Shown here: in pieces, positions 28,657-37,600 of the stretch | Numbering within the stretch: position 1 is the first letter of the stretch | Layout of the letters: every line of letters starts with the position of its first letter | Assembly: GCA_964372205.1 (NCBI GenBank) | Contig: CAYJQB010000001.1 | Span: 551,699-615,698 of the forward strand | Reading direction: 5' to 3' | Source of the DNA: Candidatus Woesearchaeota archaeon | GTDB lineage: Archaea > Nanobdellota > Nanobdellia > Pacearchaeales > GW2011-AR1 | DNA length: 64,000 bases | Notes under the pieces: generated by a model | What the model was told of the DNA's origin: nothing | The model's input: the letters and a program-made list of their open reading frames with translations, nothing else | Databases searched by the model: none | Position numbers and translations under genes: made by a program

Positions 28657-29229
28657 CTATCCAAAAGCGATTAAAATCCCTTCTATAATTGCAGCTATAA
28701 CTAATAATGGGAGTATTACAGTGACAATCACTTTCAAAGATTTGTCTATTCTTCTAAATAATTCTTTTTTCCTTTTCTTAGAAGGCACAAAAACAAAAGT
28801 CCCAAGTTTTACACCGAGGCCTATTGCAATAAATATTGCCGGAAGCTCAAAAATTCCATGAGGGACAAGGCTGAGAAGGATAGAGAATCCTGCCACTGAA
28901 ACCGCTTTTGCAGAAACATAACCTATAAGTGCTCCATTCATCAAAGCATTAAAGACTGGAAATATTCCTAAAAATACCCCAAAGACTATTGCAAGAAGAG
29001 CGCTCATAAAATTATTCCTAAATATAAATATTATAAGTTGTAATGTATCAAGTCCTTCTGTCTGTTTAAGCACATCCCTTAAAATTGGATCAAAAAAACC
29101 AAAAGAGGGTGCAAAGATATAACCTATGATAGCGCTTGCTACAAAAAGCATTACCGCCAACAGCAAGAAATATTTTGACTCTTTAAGATATTCCCAAGAC
29201 TCTCTCAAAATATTATTCTTTCTTTTCAT
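28657..29229 (-). CDS. stage II sporulation protein M-like membrane protein
   Basis: IFRNN, NGALIG and PHGIFELPA; ATG overlaps the rhomboid TGA (ATGA). Confidence 0.8.
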   Translation of the reverse strand: MKRKNNILRESWEYLKESKYFLLLAVMLFVASAIIGYIFAPSFGFFDPILRDVLKQTEGLDTLQLIIFIFRNNFMSALLAIVFGVFLGIFPVFNALMNGALIGYVSAKAVSVAGFSILLSLVPHGIFELPAIFIAIGLGVKLGTFVFVPSKKRKKELFRRIDKSLKVIVTVILPLLVIAAIIEGILIAFG

Positions 29230-29948
29230 CTGAACATCCTGTTTAACATTTTTACCTTCCTTGCATACTTCTTCCTCAGATAAAACCCATATGCGAGACC
29301 TGCAACAAGCCCCCCGAAGTGAGCCGTATTTCCTACAGGAAGGCCTCCTGCAAAAGAAAATATCCAAAGACCAAACATCAGAACAGCCATTGCAGCCCAC
29401 ATAGGCATTGGGATAACAAAAAAGACCAACACTCTAAGTTTAGGTATCAACACCGCCAACAACCCCCCTAAACCAAACAAAGCCCCAGAAGCTCCTACTG
29501 CAAAAGTATCAATCCCTCCGAAAAGAGCCTCGCCTCTAGGAACATACAATCCAAGATAAGCAAAGCCCACGAAGAACAAACCTGCAAGTATCCCAGAAAT
29601 CATATAAAACCAGAAGAATCTTTTTCTGCCAATCAATTTCTCAACAAAATTTCCTATAAAAAACATGGACACCATGTTGACAAATAAATGAGTAAAGTTT
29701 CCGTGCATAAACATGCTTGTTATGAAAGTCCAAACATAGCCTTCCAATACTAAACTAGGTCTAAGAGCAATAAACTTAATAATTAATTCTGAGCCCTTCA
29801 TCCCGTAAAAGTAAATCGCCAGTCCAGAAATTAATATGAATGCTATGAACACTCCTACATTTATAGCTATAAGCAAGTTTGTCAAGCTCATTCTCTCGAC
29901 GAAATTACGATTCTTTTTACCAGATAATCCTCTCCTTCTTATCGCCAT
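29226..29948 (-). CDS. rhomboid family intramembrane serine protease
   Basis: HGNFTHLFVNM, GASGA (catalytic Ser) and AHFGG (catalytic His). Confidence 0.92.
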   Translation of the reverse strand: MAIRRRGLSGKKNRNFVERMSLTNLLIAINVGVFIAFILISGLAIYFYGMKGSELIIKFIALRPSLVLEGYVWTFITSMFMHGNFTHLFVNMVSMFFIGNFVEKLIGRKRFFWFYMISGILAGLFFVGFAYLGLYVPRGEALFGGIDTFAVGASGALFGLGGLLAVLIPKLRVLVFFVIPMPMWAAMAVLMFGLWIFSFAGGLPVGNTAHFGGLVAGLAYGFYLRKKYARKVKMLNRMFR

Positions 29949-29950
29949 GA

Positions 29951-30736
29951 CTATTTCCTCTTTGCTGTTTTTTTAGAACTCTTCTTGATGTTTGTTTTTT
30001 TGGGAGTTTTTTTAGAAGTCTTTTTAGGAATTTTTTTCTTAGTAATCTTCTTGCTTTTCACTTTTTTCTCAACTTTTTTAGGCTTCTTCTCCTTAGGAGT
30101 TTTGCCTTTCTCCAAATCTCTAATTCTTTTCCTCTCCACTCTTTCCTTAACCTTCTTCTTTTCTTCTGCTTTTACCTTTCTCTTCCTTGCTACATCCCCC
30201 TTCTTCAGAATTGCATCTATTTCCACGCTAACTAGCTCAAGTTTTCCCTTAAAGTCATTTATTCTTTTTACCAAATCGTCAATAATCTCTTTATTCTCTC
30301 TAAGCTGAAGAACCTCTCCACATTCAGGACAAGTGAAGTTATATATCAGAGCATTCTCCTCCGTCATTTCCATCCCACACTCGGGACAGTAATAGAATCT
30401 TTTACTTTGCCTGCTATGCAATTGCTCATCAAAAGACTTTATTTCTTTCTCAATCTGACCTCTCAAAGTCAGTAAAGACTTTTCTATGTCTAGTGTCCAG
30501 AAATAAGTATACCATCCACCATTCTTCTGATCTTTTTTCCTTATAAAACTCACAAGCCCAAATTCAGAAAGTTTATACAAAATATTTCTTGTCTGATTGA
30601 TGTTTAAATCTAACTTTTTGGCAATTAAAAATTCATTGATGTTTTTTTTACCATACAGCAAATCTACAATTTTTTCAGCATTTGGTCCAGCGACAGAAAC
30701 AACAATATCCTTGAGAAGTTTTATTTGCATACACAC
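29951..30736 (-). CDS. tfe: transcription factor E alpha with Lys-rich tail
   Basis: Winged helix INQTRNILYKL, GWYTYFW, zinc ribbon CPEC...CPECG. Confidence 0.9.
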   Translation of the reverse strand: MCMQIKLLKDIVVSVAGPNAEKIVDLLYGKKNINEFLIAKKLDLNINQTRNILYKLSEFGLVSFIRKKDQKNGGWYTYFWTLDIEKSLLTLRGQIEKEIKSFDEQLHSRQSKRFYYCPECGMEMTEENALIYNFTCPECGEVLQLRENKEIIDDLVKRINDFKGKLELVSVEIDAILKKGDVARKRKVKAEEKKKVKERVERKRIRDLEKGKTPKEKKPKKVEKKVKSKKITKKKIPKKTSKKTPKKTNIKKSSKKTAKRK

Positions 30737-30839
30737 TTTTGCAAAAAGGCAAATAAAAACCTTTCGCCGGAAGAAAATCTGGGCAGATGTCTGTTTTTGT
30801 TACCATTATATAATTTATATAAACCTATAAAAATCAATT

Positions 30840-31424
30840 TTGAGAAAGGAGTATATGTTTTTAGATAAAAAAGAAAAAGACTCAGGCTTGCCTGACTTGC
30901 CTGATAGAATATCATTAACTCCTCCTTCCTGGGAAGACTATTCTTCTGGAGAAGAAAAAGCAGAAATTCATGAGCTTCCATCCTTTCCGGACTCTCCTAT
31001 GAAAAAAGGTTTCAGCCAATCCGCAATAAAAGATGCTATAAATACCGAGGATATTCAAGAGGAAGCTCTTAGTGACCTTCCGGAGTTCAACGAAGAGAGT
31101 GTTGAAAAAGAAAATCCAAAATTCAGACTAACAGAAATGGAAGAGTGGAATCCTAAGACTGAAACTGTCGCTTCCATGCGTCCTGCAAAATCAGTTTCAG
31201 GATCCAAACCTGTATTTGTGAGGATAGATAAATTTAGAGAAGCCAGAAATTCGTTAGAAAAGATAAAACAAGGTTTGAATGAGATAGAAGATTTATTGAG
31301 CCAGGTGAGAGAAGTAAAAGCTAAAGAAGATCAAGAGCTTCTATCCTGGGAAAAGGAAATGGAAAATGTCAAAGCGAGAATTAGTAATATCACTACAGAC
31401 ATTTTCGAAAGAGTAGAGATTTAA
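30840..31424 (+). CDS. hypothetical protein: acidic Pro-rich N-terminus plus coiled-coil C-terminus
   Basis: DLPxxP repeats; PVFVRIDKF followed by heptad-like helices. Confidence 0.75.
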   Translation: MRKEYMFLDKKEKDSGLPDLPDRISLTPPSWEDYSSGEEKAEIHELPSFPDSPMKKGFSQSAIKDAINTEDIQEEALSDLPEFNEESVEKENPKFRLTEMEEWNPKTETVASMRPAKSVSGSKPVFVRIDKFREARNSLEKIKQGLNEIEDLLSQVREVKAKEDQELLSWEKEMENVKARISNITTDIFERVEI

Positions 31425-31425
31425 T

Positions 31426-31743
31426 ATGGAATACGTAAAACTCGACCCTTCTGAACAAATCTATGGAAAAAAGCATTTACTCCATTCGCAAATGGAAATC
31501 CTTGATATAATGAAGCGTTACAAAGAGTTTACAAAATTACGAAAGCTCGAACTGAAGCTCAAAACTCTTCTTAAAAAAAAGGTCTCTGAAGTCAAAGAAG
31601 AAACAAAACTGCTCGAGACTATTCTTCCAAAAGTGAAGCATGCAGATTCAGAAGAAAAAACTCTAAGAGACTATCCTAAAAAAAGAAGTGATCTTGAAGA
31701 TGAAATAGATGATATAAGAAGAAAGCTGGCTGAGCTTCAATAA
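31426..31743 (+). CDS. hypothetical coiled-coil protein
   Basis: 105 aa; starts 1 nt after the upstream stop. Confidence 0.7.
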   Translation: MEYVKLDPSEQIYGKKHLLHSQMEILDIMKRYKEFTKLRKLELKLKTLLKKKVSEVKEETKLLETILPKVKHADSEEKTLRDYPKKRSDLEDEIDDIRRKLAELQ

Positions 31744-31780
31744 ACAAATAATTTTTAAAACTCCCTTCTTTCATAATTCT

Positions 31781-33562
31781 ATGATAACCCGCCAACAGTT
31801 AATAAAAAAATATATCAGCTTCTTTAAGAAAAAAGGACATAAAGAAATCCCCTCTTATTCACTAATACCTTCTAATGATCCTACAGTTCTTTTCACAACA
31901 GCAGGTATGCACCCCCTCGTCCCTTATCTTACAGGTCAGCCTCATCCTCTCGGAAAGCGACTTGTGAACGTACAACGTTGTCTAAGAACAGACGATATAG
32001 ACGAAGTTGGAGATACAACACATCACACTTTCTTTGAAATGTTAGGAAACTGGTCCCTAGGAGATTACTGGAAAAAAGAAGCAATAGAATTTTCTTTTGA
32101 ATTTCTAACAAAAGAGCTAAAAATTCCTAAAGAAAAATTAGCAGTCAGCTGTTTTGCAGGAGATAAAGACGCTTCTAAAGATACAGAATCCGAAAAAGTC
32201 TGGCTATCTCTTGGGATTCCAAAAGAACGTATTGCTTTTTTAGGTAAAAAAGAAAATTGGTGGGGTCCTGCTGGAAATACAGGTCCATGTGGCCCTGATA
32301 CAGAAATATTCTATTGGAATCATCCAAATAAAAAAGCTCCCAAAGCATTCAACCCTGAAGATAAGAATTGGGTAGAGATTGGTAATAATGTTCTTATGCA
32401 GTATAATAAAAAATCTGAAAAACTCTATGAGGAATTGAAACAAAAAAATATTGACTTCGGTGGCGGAGTGGAAAGAACAATATCTATCCTAAACAGCCTC
32501 GATGATAACTATCTCTCTCCAGTCTTTCTTCCAATAATAAAAGAGATAGAAAAAATATCAAAAAAGAAATACGATTCAGAGATAAATACAAAATCAATGA
32601 GAATAGTTGCAGATCACATCAAAGCAGCGATCATGGTGCTTGCAGACAGTCATCAAATAAAACCATCTAATGTTCAACAGGGATACATCATAAGAAGATT
32701 GATAAGAAGAGCAATCCGCCATGGATTCATACTTGGAATAAAAGAAAACTTTACAACAAAACTTTTTGATTCAATACATAAAATATATCCAGACTACGAA
32801 GAGCTCAAAAAAAATAAAAACTTCATCCTCACGCAACTAGACGAAGAAGAGAATAAATTCAGAAACACCCTTGAAAAAGGAATTGCAGAATTTGAAAAAC
32901 TTACAAAGAACAAAAAAGAGCTCTCTGGAAAAGAGACATTCTTATTGTTCCAGAGTTATGGTTTTCCAATAGAAATGACAGAAGAACTTTGTGTTGAAAA
33001 AGGAATAAAGATGAAAATATCAGATTTCCAAAAAGAATTTGAAAAACACCAAGAACTCTCAAGAACAGCTTCTGCAGGCATGTTCAAATCAGGACTTGCA
33101 GACAATTCAGAAAAAACAACAAAACTGCACACTGCAACTCACCTTCTTAACGAAGCCCTTCGCCAAGTATTGGGAGAAGAAGTGAAACAGCGAGGTTCGA
33201 ATATTACTCCTGAAAGACTTCGATTCGATTTCAACTTCTCCAGAAAACTCTCTCCAGATGAAATAAAGAAAATAGAAAAACTAGTAAATGAGAAAATTCA
33301 AGCATCCCTCAAAGTTGAAAGAAAAGAAATGCCCTTAAACAAAGCATTAAAAGAGGGTGCTCAGGCAGAATTCGGACATAAATATCCTGAAGTAGTTTCC
33401 ACATACACCATTCTCGACCCTTCAGAAAAACGAGGCTGGTTCTCAAAAGAAATTTGCACAGGCCCCCATGTTTCCAATACAAAAGAACTAGGAAAATTCA
33501 AGATACTAAAAGAAGAATCTTCAGCAGCAGGAATCAGAAGGATAAAGGCAATAGTGGAATGA
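31781..33562 (+). CDS. alaS: alanyl-tRNA synthetase, short form without C-Ala domain
   Basis: LFTTAGMHPL, HHTFFEMLGNWS; editing motifs HTATH and CTGPH; ends at GIRRIKA. Confidence 0.96.
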   Translation: MITRQQLIKKYISFFKKKGHKEIPSYSLIPSNDPTVLFTTAGMHPLVPYLTGQPHPLGKRLVNVQRCLRTDDIDEVGDTTHHTFFEMLGNWSLGDYWKKEAIEFSFEFLTKELKIPKEKLAVSCFAGDKDASKDTESEKVWLSLGIPKERIAFLGKKENWWGPAGNTGPCGPDTEIFYWNHPNKKAPKAFNPEDKNWVEIGNNVLMQYNKKSEKLYEELKQKNIDFGGGVERTISILNSLDDNYLSPVFLPIIKEIEKISKKKYDSEINTKSMRIVADHIKAAIMVLADSHQIKPSNVQQGYIIRRLIRRAIRHGFILGIKENFTTKLFDSIHKIYPDYEELKKNKNFILTQLDEEENKFRNTLEKGIAEFEKLTKNKKELSGKETFLLFQSYGFPIEMTEELCVEKGIKMKISDFQKEFEKHQELSRTASAGMFKSGLADNSEKTTKLHTATHLLNEALRQVLGEEVKQRGSNITPERLRFDFNFSRKLSPDEIKKIEKLVNEKIQASLKVERKEMPLNKALKEGAQAEFGHKYPEVVSTYTILDPSEKRGWFSKEICTGPHVSNTKELGKFKILKEESSAAGIRRIKAIVE

Positions 33563-33656
33563 TTGCTCAACTATAGTTCTTTGAACTCCCAGAAGGTTTC
33601 TTTCTAAGAAAGCTTGTAGTAGCTAATTATAAATACTTGTTAATCGATTATCTACA

Positions 33657-33800
33657 ATGAACGAGATAACTAAAGACAACTGCATTTTCCCTCTATGTCC
33701 CGAATGCAAGGAAGGCTTTCTAGTCCCATTCTCATTTAAAGAAGATGTCTTTGAGAAGTGGAAATGCACTCGCTGTGGTTACACTGTAAGAAAAAATTAA
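33657..33800 (+). CDS. zinc-ribbon micro-protein, 47 aa
   Basis: MNEITKDNCIFPLCPECKEGFLVPFSFKEDVFEKWKCTRCGYTVRKN; CPxC...CxxCG; below the ORF-track cut-off. Confidence 0.75.
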   Translation: MNEITKDNCIFPLCPECKEGFLVPFSFKEDVFEKWKCTRCGYTVRKN

Positions 33801-33846
33801 TTCTGTAGGATAAATAATCTTTTAAACAAGCACACTAAGATTTTTT

Positions 33847-34833
33847 ATGGTTAATCACACTACTGCTAGTTACGGATTTACTTTAGATAGAGATAGACTT
33901 GACGAAGCAATCTTAGCCATATATCGTGCAGCAGAGCAAAGACAGGGAATTTTTGAAAGAGATCTTGGACATTTTCTTCCTCAATGGAACCTTCCTCCTG
34001 AACTCGAACATTCTCCAAAACAACAACAGCCTAGAGATACTTATCAATCATCCCTTTTCCTTTGGACTCGACTATTCTGCGACAGACTTTCCAGATCAAG
34101 ACACTTAATGACTACAACTCTAAAAACCTGGAAAAATCCTGATTCAAAATGGATATTCTTCCCCAAACAGACAATTGAAAGAACTCCTGAAGATATAGAA
34201 AAAGTTCTAAGAGATAATTTAAATTTTGGACTGAGAAATGATGGAAAAGAAAAACCCAATGGAGAACGATATCGTGACAATGCAGAAAGGATACTTTCTA
34301 CATATGATGGAGATCCAAGAAACCTTGTTAAGTATAAAACAGTTGAAGAAGCGAGAGCTCATCTTATGAAATTTGATGGAATAGGAACAGGTCTATCAAA
34401 TCTCTTCATAATGCAAGTCTTAGAAAGAGAGGTTGCACTTCCATTAGATCCTGAAAATGCTCTACTAAAGATAGACCGACACAAAGCTGGAATTCCTATA
34501 TATGTAGGAGCTATCAAACCAACAAATGGAGAAATAGATTCAAATCTTGTTGTTCCAGTTCTAGAAAGCGAATATAGAAGAATCTGCCATCAATACGGAT
34601 TAGATGCAAGACTTCTTGATTCTGCTCTTTGGATAACAGGTTCTGAAGTTTGTGCCGTCAAAGACTACAGATCCTGTCAAGAAAATTGCGTCCTTGCTAG
34701 AAGTTGTATTTCTAAAGTTCCAATATCTGAAGAAACTGGAAGATATCAAGTAACTATAGACGGGAAAAGAGTTGAGACTCGGCGAGAAAGAAACAATCCA
34801 GGATTATTTTTCCTAGCAAATGGTAAGAGTTAA
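33847..34833 (+). CDS. HhH-GPD superfamily protein (Endo III-like) with C-terminal four-Cys cluster
   Basis: HhH LMKFDGIGTGLSN; KIDRH; LDSALW; C-x7-C-x3-C-x5-C. Confidence 0.75.
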   Translation: MVNHTTASYGFTLDRDRLDEAILAIYRAAEQRQGIFERDLGHFLPQWNLPPELEHSPKQQQPRDTYQSSLFLWTRLFCDRLSRSRHLMTTTLKTWKNPDSKWIFFPKQTIERTPEDIEKVLRDNLNFGLRNDGKEKPNGERYRDNAERILSTYDGDPRNLVKYKTVEEARAHLMKFDGIGTGLSNLFIMQVLEREVALPLDPENALLKIDRHKAGIPIYVGAIKPTNGEIDSNLVVPVLESEYRRICHQYGLDARLLDSALWITGSEVCAVKDYRSCQENCVLARSCISKVPISEETGRYQVTIDGKRVETRRERNNPGLFFLANGKS

Positions 34834-35621
34834 GCAGCTTCTTTATGTGCATAAGGCATCATCCATGAGAGAGCATTTCCAAAAAGCTGGGCTTGACCAT
34901 TGCTCCCCCTATTTGCTCCTTTCCACCAAAGAACAGCATCTATCAATGACATATCAACCTCTCCTTCAGATTTTAAGAATCTTTCATCAGAAGAGAATAT
35001 TTCTCTTGCTTCTTCTTCGATCCTCAAATAATCTTTTTCGCTCGGAGTTCTTCTTACTTTTTGCGAACCAGTTTTTCTCCTTATTGGATTATAATATCCC
35101 TTATTCATCTCAACACCCAGTTCATTAAGCCCCCTCATGACGTGCACATCTAAAGCGATAAGATTTTTTCCTCCCAAACATAAATGCCAAAATGAAAATG
35201 TCTTATTACTAACCCATTTAATATCTCTTACATAATTTTCTCTGTCCTTAACACCTGCCTGGAGAACATCATTCCACCATTCTCCGTCCCTATTTGTAAA
35301 ATAATCAATAGCACTGTCAAATCTTCTTGCATATGCAAACCTTAATCCAATTCTTTTTGATACTCCATACACTCTATCTTTATCAAACAAAACCTCTAAA
35401 GACGCAAATTTCATTTTTGCATTTTTATCCTCAGGACGAGATTCATCTCTCAGATTGTAAACAAAATTACTAGCTGGTTCCCACCCAAGCCCCTGGCTTG
35501 CAATACACCACAATAAATTTTCAAGCGCTCCTTCCTTTCCTAAAGGATTTACAACATGATCCTCAAGAACCTGCCTCGCTTCCTCAATCTGAGCATCAGT
35601 AATATCTCTAGTCGTTTTCAT
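34830..35621 (-). CDS. divergent Ogg2-like N-glycosylase/DNA lyase (HhH-GPD)
   Basis: RENYVRDIKWVSNKT, LIALDVHVMR, YLRIEE and IDAVLWW follow the archaeal Ogg pattern. Confidence 0.7.
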   Translation of the reverse strand: MKTTRDITDAQIEEARQVLEDHVVNPLGKEGALENLLWCIASQGLGWEPASNFVYNLRDESRPEDKNAKMKFASLEVLFDKDRVYGVSKRIGLRFAYARRFDSAIDYFTNRDGEWWNDVLQAGVKDRENYVRDIKWVSNKTFSFWHLCLGGKNLIALDVHVMRGLNELGVEMNKGYYNPIRRKTGSQKVRRTPSEKDYLRIEEEAREIFSSDERFLKSEGEVDMSLIDAVLWWKGANRGSNGQAQLFGNALSWMMPYAHKEAA

Positions 35622-35627
35622 AATGAA

Positions 35628-36557
35628 TTAAAATGATGGCAAATCTGAACCTTCATTCGCTTTTCCATTCTTCCCAAGATTTTTAAGTATTTTGTCGGTC
35701 AAGAAAGTCATCTGCCCAGCTTTTTCGGCATAGTCTGTATGCAAAGCATCAACTATTTCATCCTGACTTTCCAAAAATCCAGGAAGCCAATCTCTATAAC
35801 CAGAAACTCTAAACCTCGTCACGGGGAATGGTTGGATGTCATATCCCCAGCATCTTAAGTTGTCAGGAAATTCCTCTCTAGATACCCTAAGCCTGTCCAG
35901 TCCCAAGACGCCCACATCAACATCTATTTCCCTTTCCTTAAGTCTGGCATATAAATCTCTAACAGTTCTATTAGGATTTTCATTAACCTCTGAAAGAAGC
36001 CGTCCAGGAATTCTCCAATAATTTTCTATATCTCTCGGACTTTGAGAGCTAGAATGGTCCATCTGATCAGTCGGAGAGTCCAAAAGCATTGCGCATACCA
36101 AGCTGATAGGAGCAATAATAAGCCTCCTTCCACCTCTAGACATAGCTGACATTAATTCTCTGTTAGAAAGCCCACTTGGTTTTTCATCCCGTGCCCCATA
36201 TTGAAAAAATGCATAATTCACCTCAGGCGATTCTTGTCCCCATTCAAAATGATTATAACTCAAACTTTCTAAATATTTTTCTAATTGAATAACGGAACAC
36301 CTTGGTCTACTATTCCGCGTAGAATTAGACTTAACCTCTGTCTCAACAGTTCCATTTTTAGTCTCTAAAGAAACATCAGGGTGAAAGCTTCCATTGGGCA
36401 GTTGAGTGGGGGTTCCCCCGTATGCGGCTGCATAAACATTTTTCCAAAAAAGACCCACGTTTTTGGCAGCCATAGACCTGTCCTGCCAATCCTCCCCCTG
36501 CTTCCAAAGAGCTGGTTTGACGCGAACGATATCTCCTTTAGCCACCCCTCTAACCAT
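35628..36557 (-). CDS. putative PD-(D/E)xK restriction-endonuclease-like nuclease
   Basis: HPDV-x9-TEVKS plus downstream QLEKY (QxxxY). Confidence 0.65.
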   Translation of the reverse strand: MVRGVAKGDIVRVKPALWKQGEDWQDRSMAAKNVGLFWKNVYAAAYGGTPTQLPNGSFHPDVSLETKNGTVETEVKSNSTRNSRPRCSVIQLEKYLESLSYNHFEWGQESPEVNYAFFQYGARDEKPSGLSNRELMSAMSRGGRRLIIAPISLVCAMLLDSPTDQMDHSSSQSPRDIENYWRIPGRLLSEVNENPNRTVRDLYARLKEREIDVDVGVLGLDRLRVSREEFPDNLRCWGYDIQPFPVTRFRVSGYRDWLPGFLESQDEIVDALHTDYAEKAGQMTFLTDKILKNLGKNGKANEGSDLPSF

Positions 36558-36602
36558 AAGGCTATCTAAAAAATGAAGATTAAAAAGATTGTTGTCCGAG
36601 AA

Positions 36603-37388
36603 CTATAGCAATTCCCAGATTATCAGCCCTGCCGACAACAGCAAACAATAGACTGCAAACCATATGAAATTCTTCCTATTTACAAGGACATATTTGAACA
36701 TCAAATGTATGGTTAAAAGTCCTACTAAAAAGCTTACAAAACTTGCCCATATCATTTCTGGAGGAAGAGCTTGATTCCCTATTGCCACAAGATTAGCTCC
36801 GAAGATTACAGGAATTGACATCAAAAAGCTGAACTTCATAGCAGTTTTTTCGTTCAATCCAGATAGCACTCCTGAAGATAAAGTAGCCCCACTTCTAGAT
36901 ATTCCAGGAACTATAGCGACTGCTTGAGCCACACCTATAATCAAAGCTTTCCGATAACCGAGGTTCTTTACACCCTCCCCAAGTTTTACCCTATAGACTG
37001 CAGCTAGCAATAACACCATCCCAGTTATACTAAACCCAAATGCCACTACAATGAGATTACTCAAAACGCTATCAAAAAAACTTCTCGCGAAAAAGCCCAA
37101 GATAACTACTGGAATGGTTGCCACAATAAGCAATAAACCCATTTTTCCATGTTCACTATGAAATTTGCCTCTTAGAATATCCTGCAATATATCAGTAATT
37201 GTCTTTCCAAAATAAACGAAAACTGCCATAAGAGTTCCGAAATGAAGAGCCACTTCAAAAGGAAGCCCTCCGCTAAATCCTAAAATTTTCTCAAAAATTA
37301 CTAAATGCCCTGAACTTGAAATCGGAAGCCACTCAGTAATCCCTTGTATAACAGCCAAAATAAAAGCCGCCCAAACCTCGCTCACCAT
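36603..37388 (-). CDS. uppP: undecaprenyl-diphosphate phosphatase (BacA family)
   Basis: QGITEWLPISSSGH and PGISRSGAT motifs. Confidence 0.93.
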   Translation of the reverse strand: MVSEVWAAFILAVIQGITEWLPISSSGHLVIFEKILGFSGGLPFEVALHFGTLMAVFVYFGKTITDILQDILRGKFHSEHGKMGLLLIVATIPVVILGFFARSFFDSVLSNLIVVAFGFSITGMVLLLAAVYRVKLGEGVKNLGYRKALIIGVAQAVAIVPGISRSGATLSSGVLSGLNEKTAMKFSFLMSIPVIFGANLVAIGNQALPPEMIWASFVSFLVGLLTIHLMFKYVLVNRKNFIWFAVYCLLLSAGLIIWELL

Positions 37389-37447
37389 CTCCGAGAAAAT
37401 AAATCCTGATTAATAAACTTAACCAAATAAAAAGAATAAGGAAAAAA

Positions 37448-37600
37448 TTAAATAACTGTAGGAGCCGAGAACTTGGTTTTTAAAGTCCTCAAAAGCTCTC
37501 TTTCATCTCTGGTTATCCCGTAAGATGCATAAAGATCGTCTAAATCCTCTCTCGCATCTTTCCGGATTTCCTTGTTCCGAGGAAACTTTTTATGTTTCAT
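37448..37600 (-). CDS. possible 50-aa protein
   Basis: MKHKKFPRNKEIRKDAREDLDDLYASYGITRDERELLRTLKTKFSAPTVI; TATA-like tatataaa about 20 nt upstream. Confidence 0.4.
   Translation of the reverse strand: MKHKKFPRNKEIRKDAREDLDDLYASYGITRDERELLRTLKTKFSAPTVI

Noticed and set aside
29230-29400. N-terminal extension of the SpoIIM-like ORF in the track
   Set aside because: It overlaps the rhomboid gene; the ATG at 29229 gives a typical ATGA coupling
33582-33619. Possible fourth, degenerate element copy (tgaactcccagaa...ctaagaaagcttgtag) at the left edge of the glycosylase island
   Set aside because: Needs several gaps, has no flanking duplication and could be chance in AT-rich DNA; worth re-testing with a profile search
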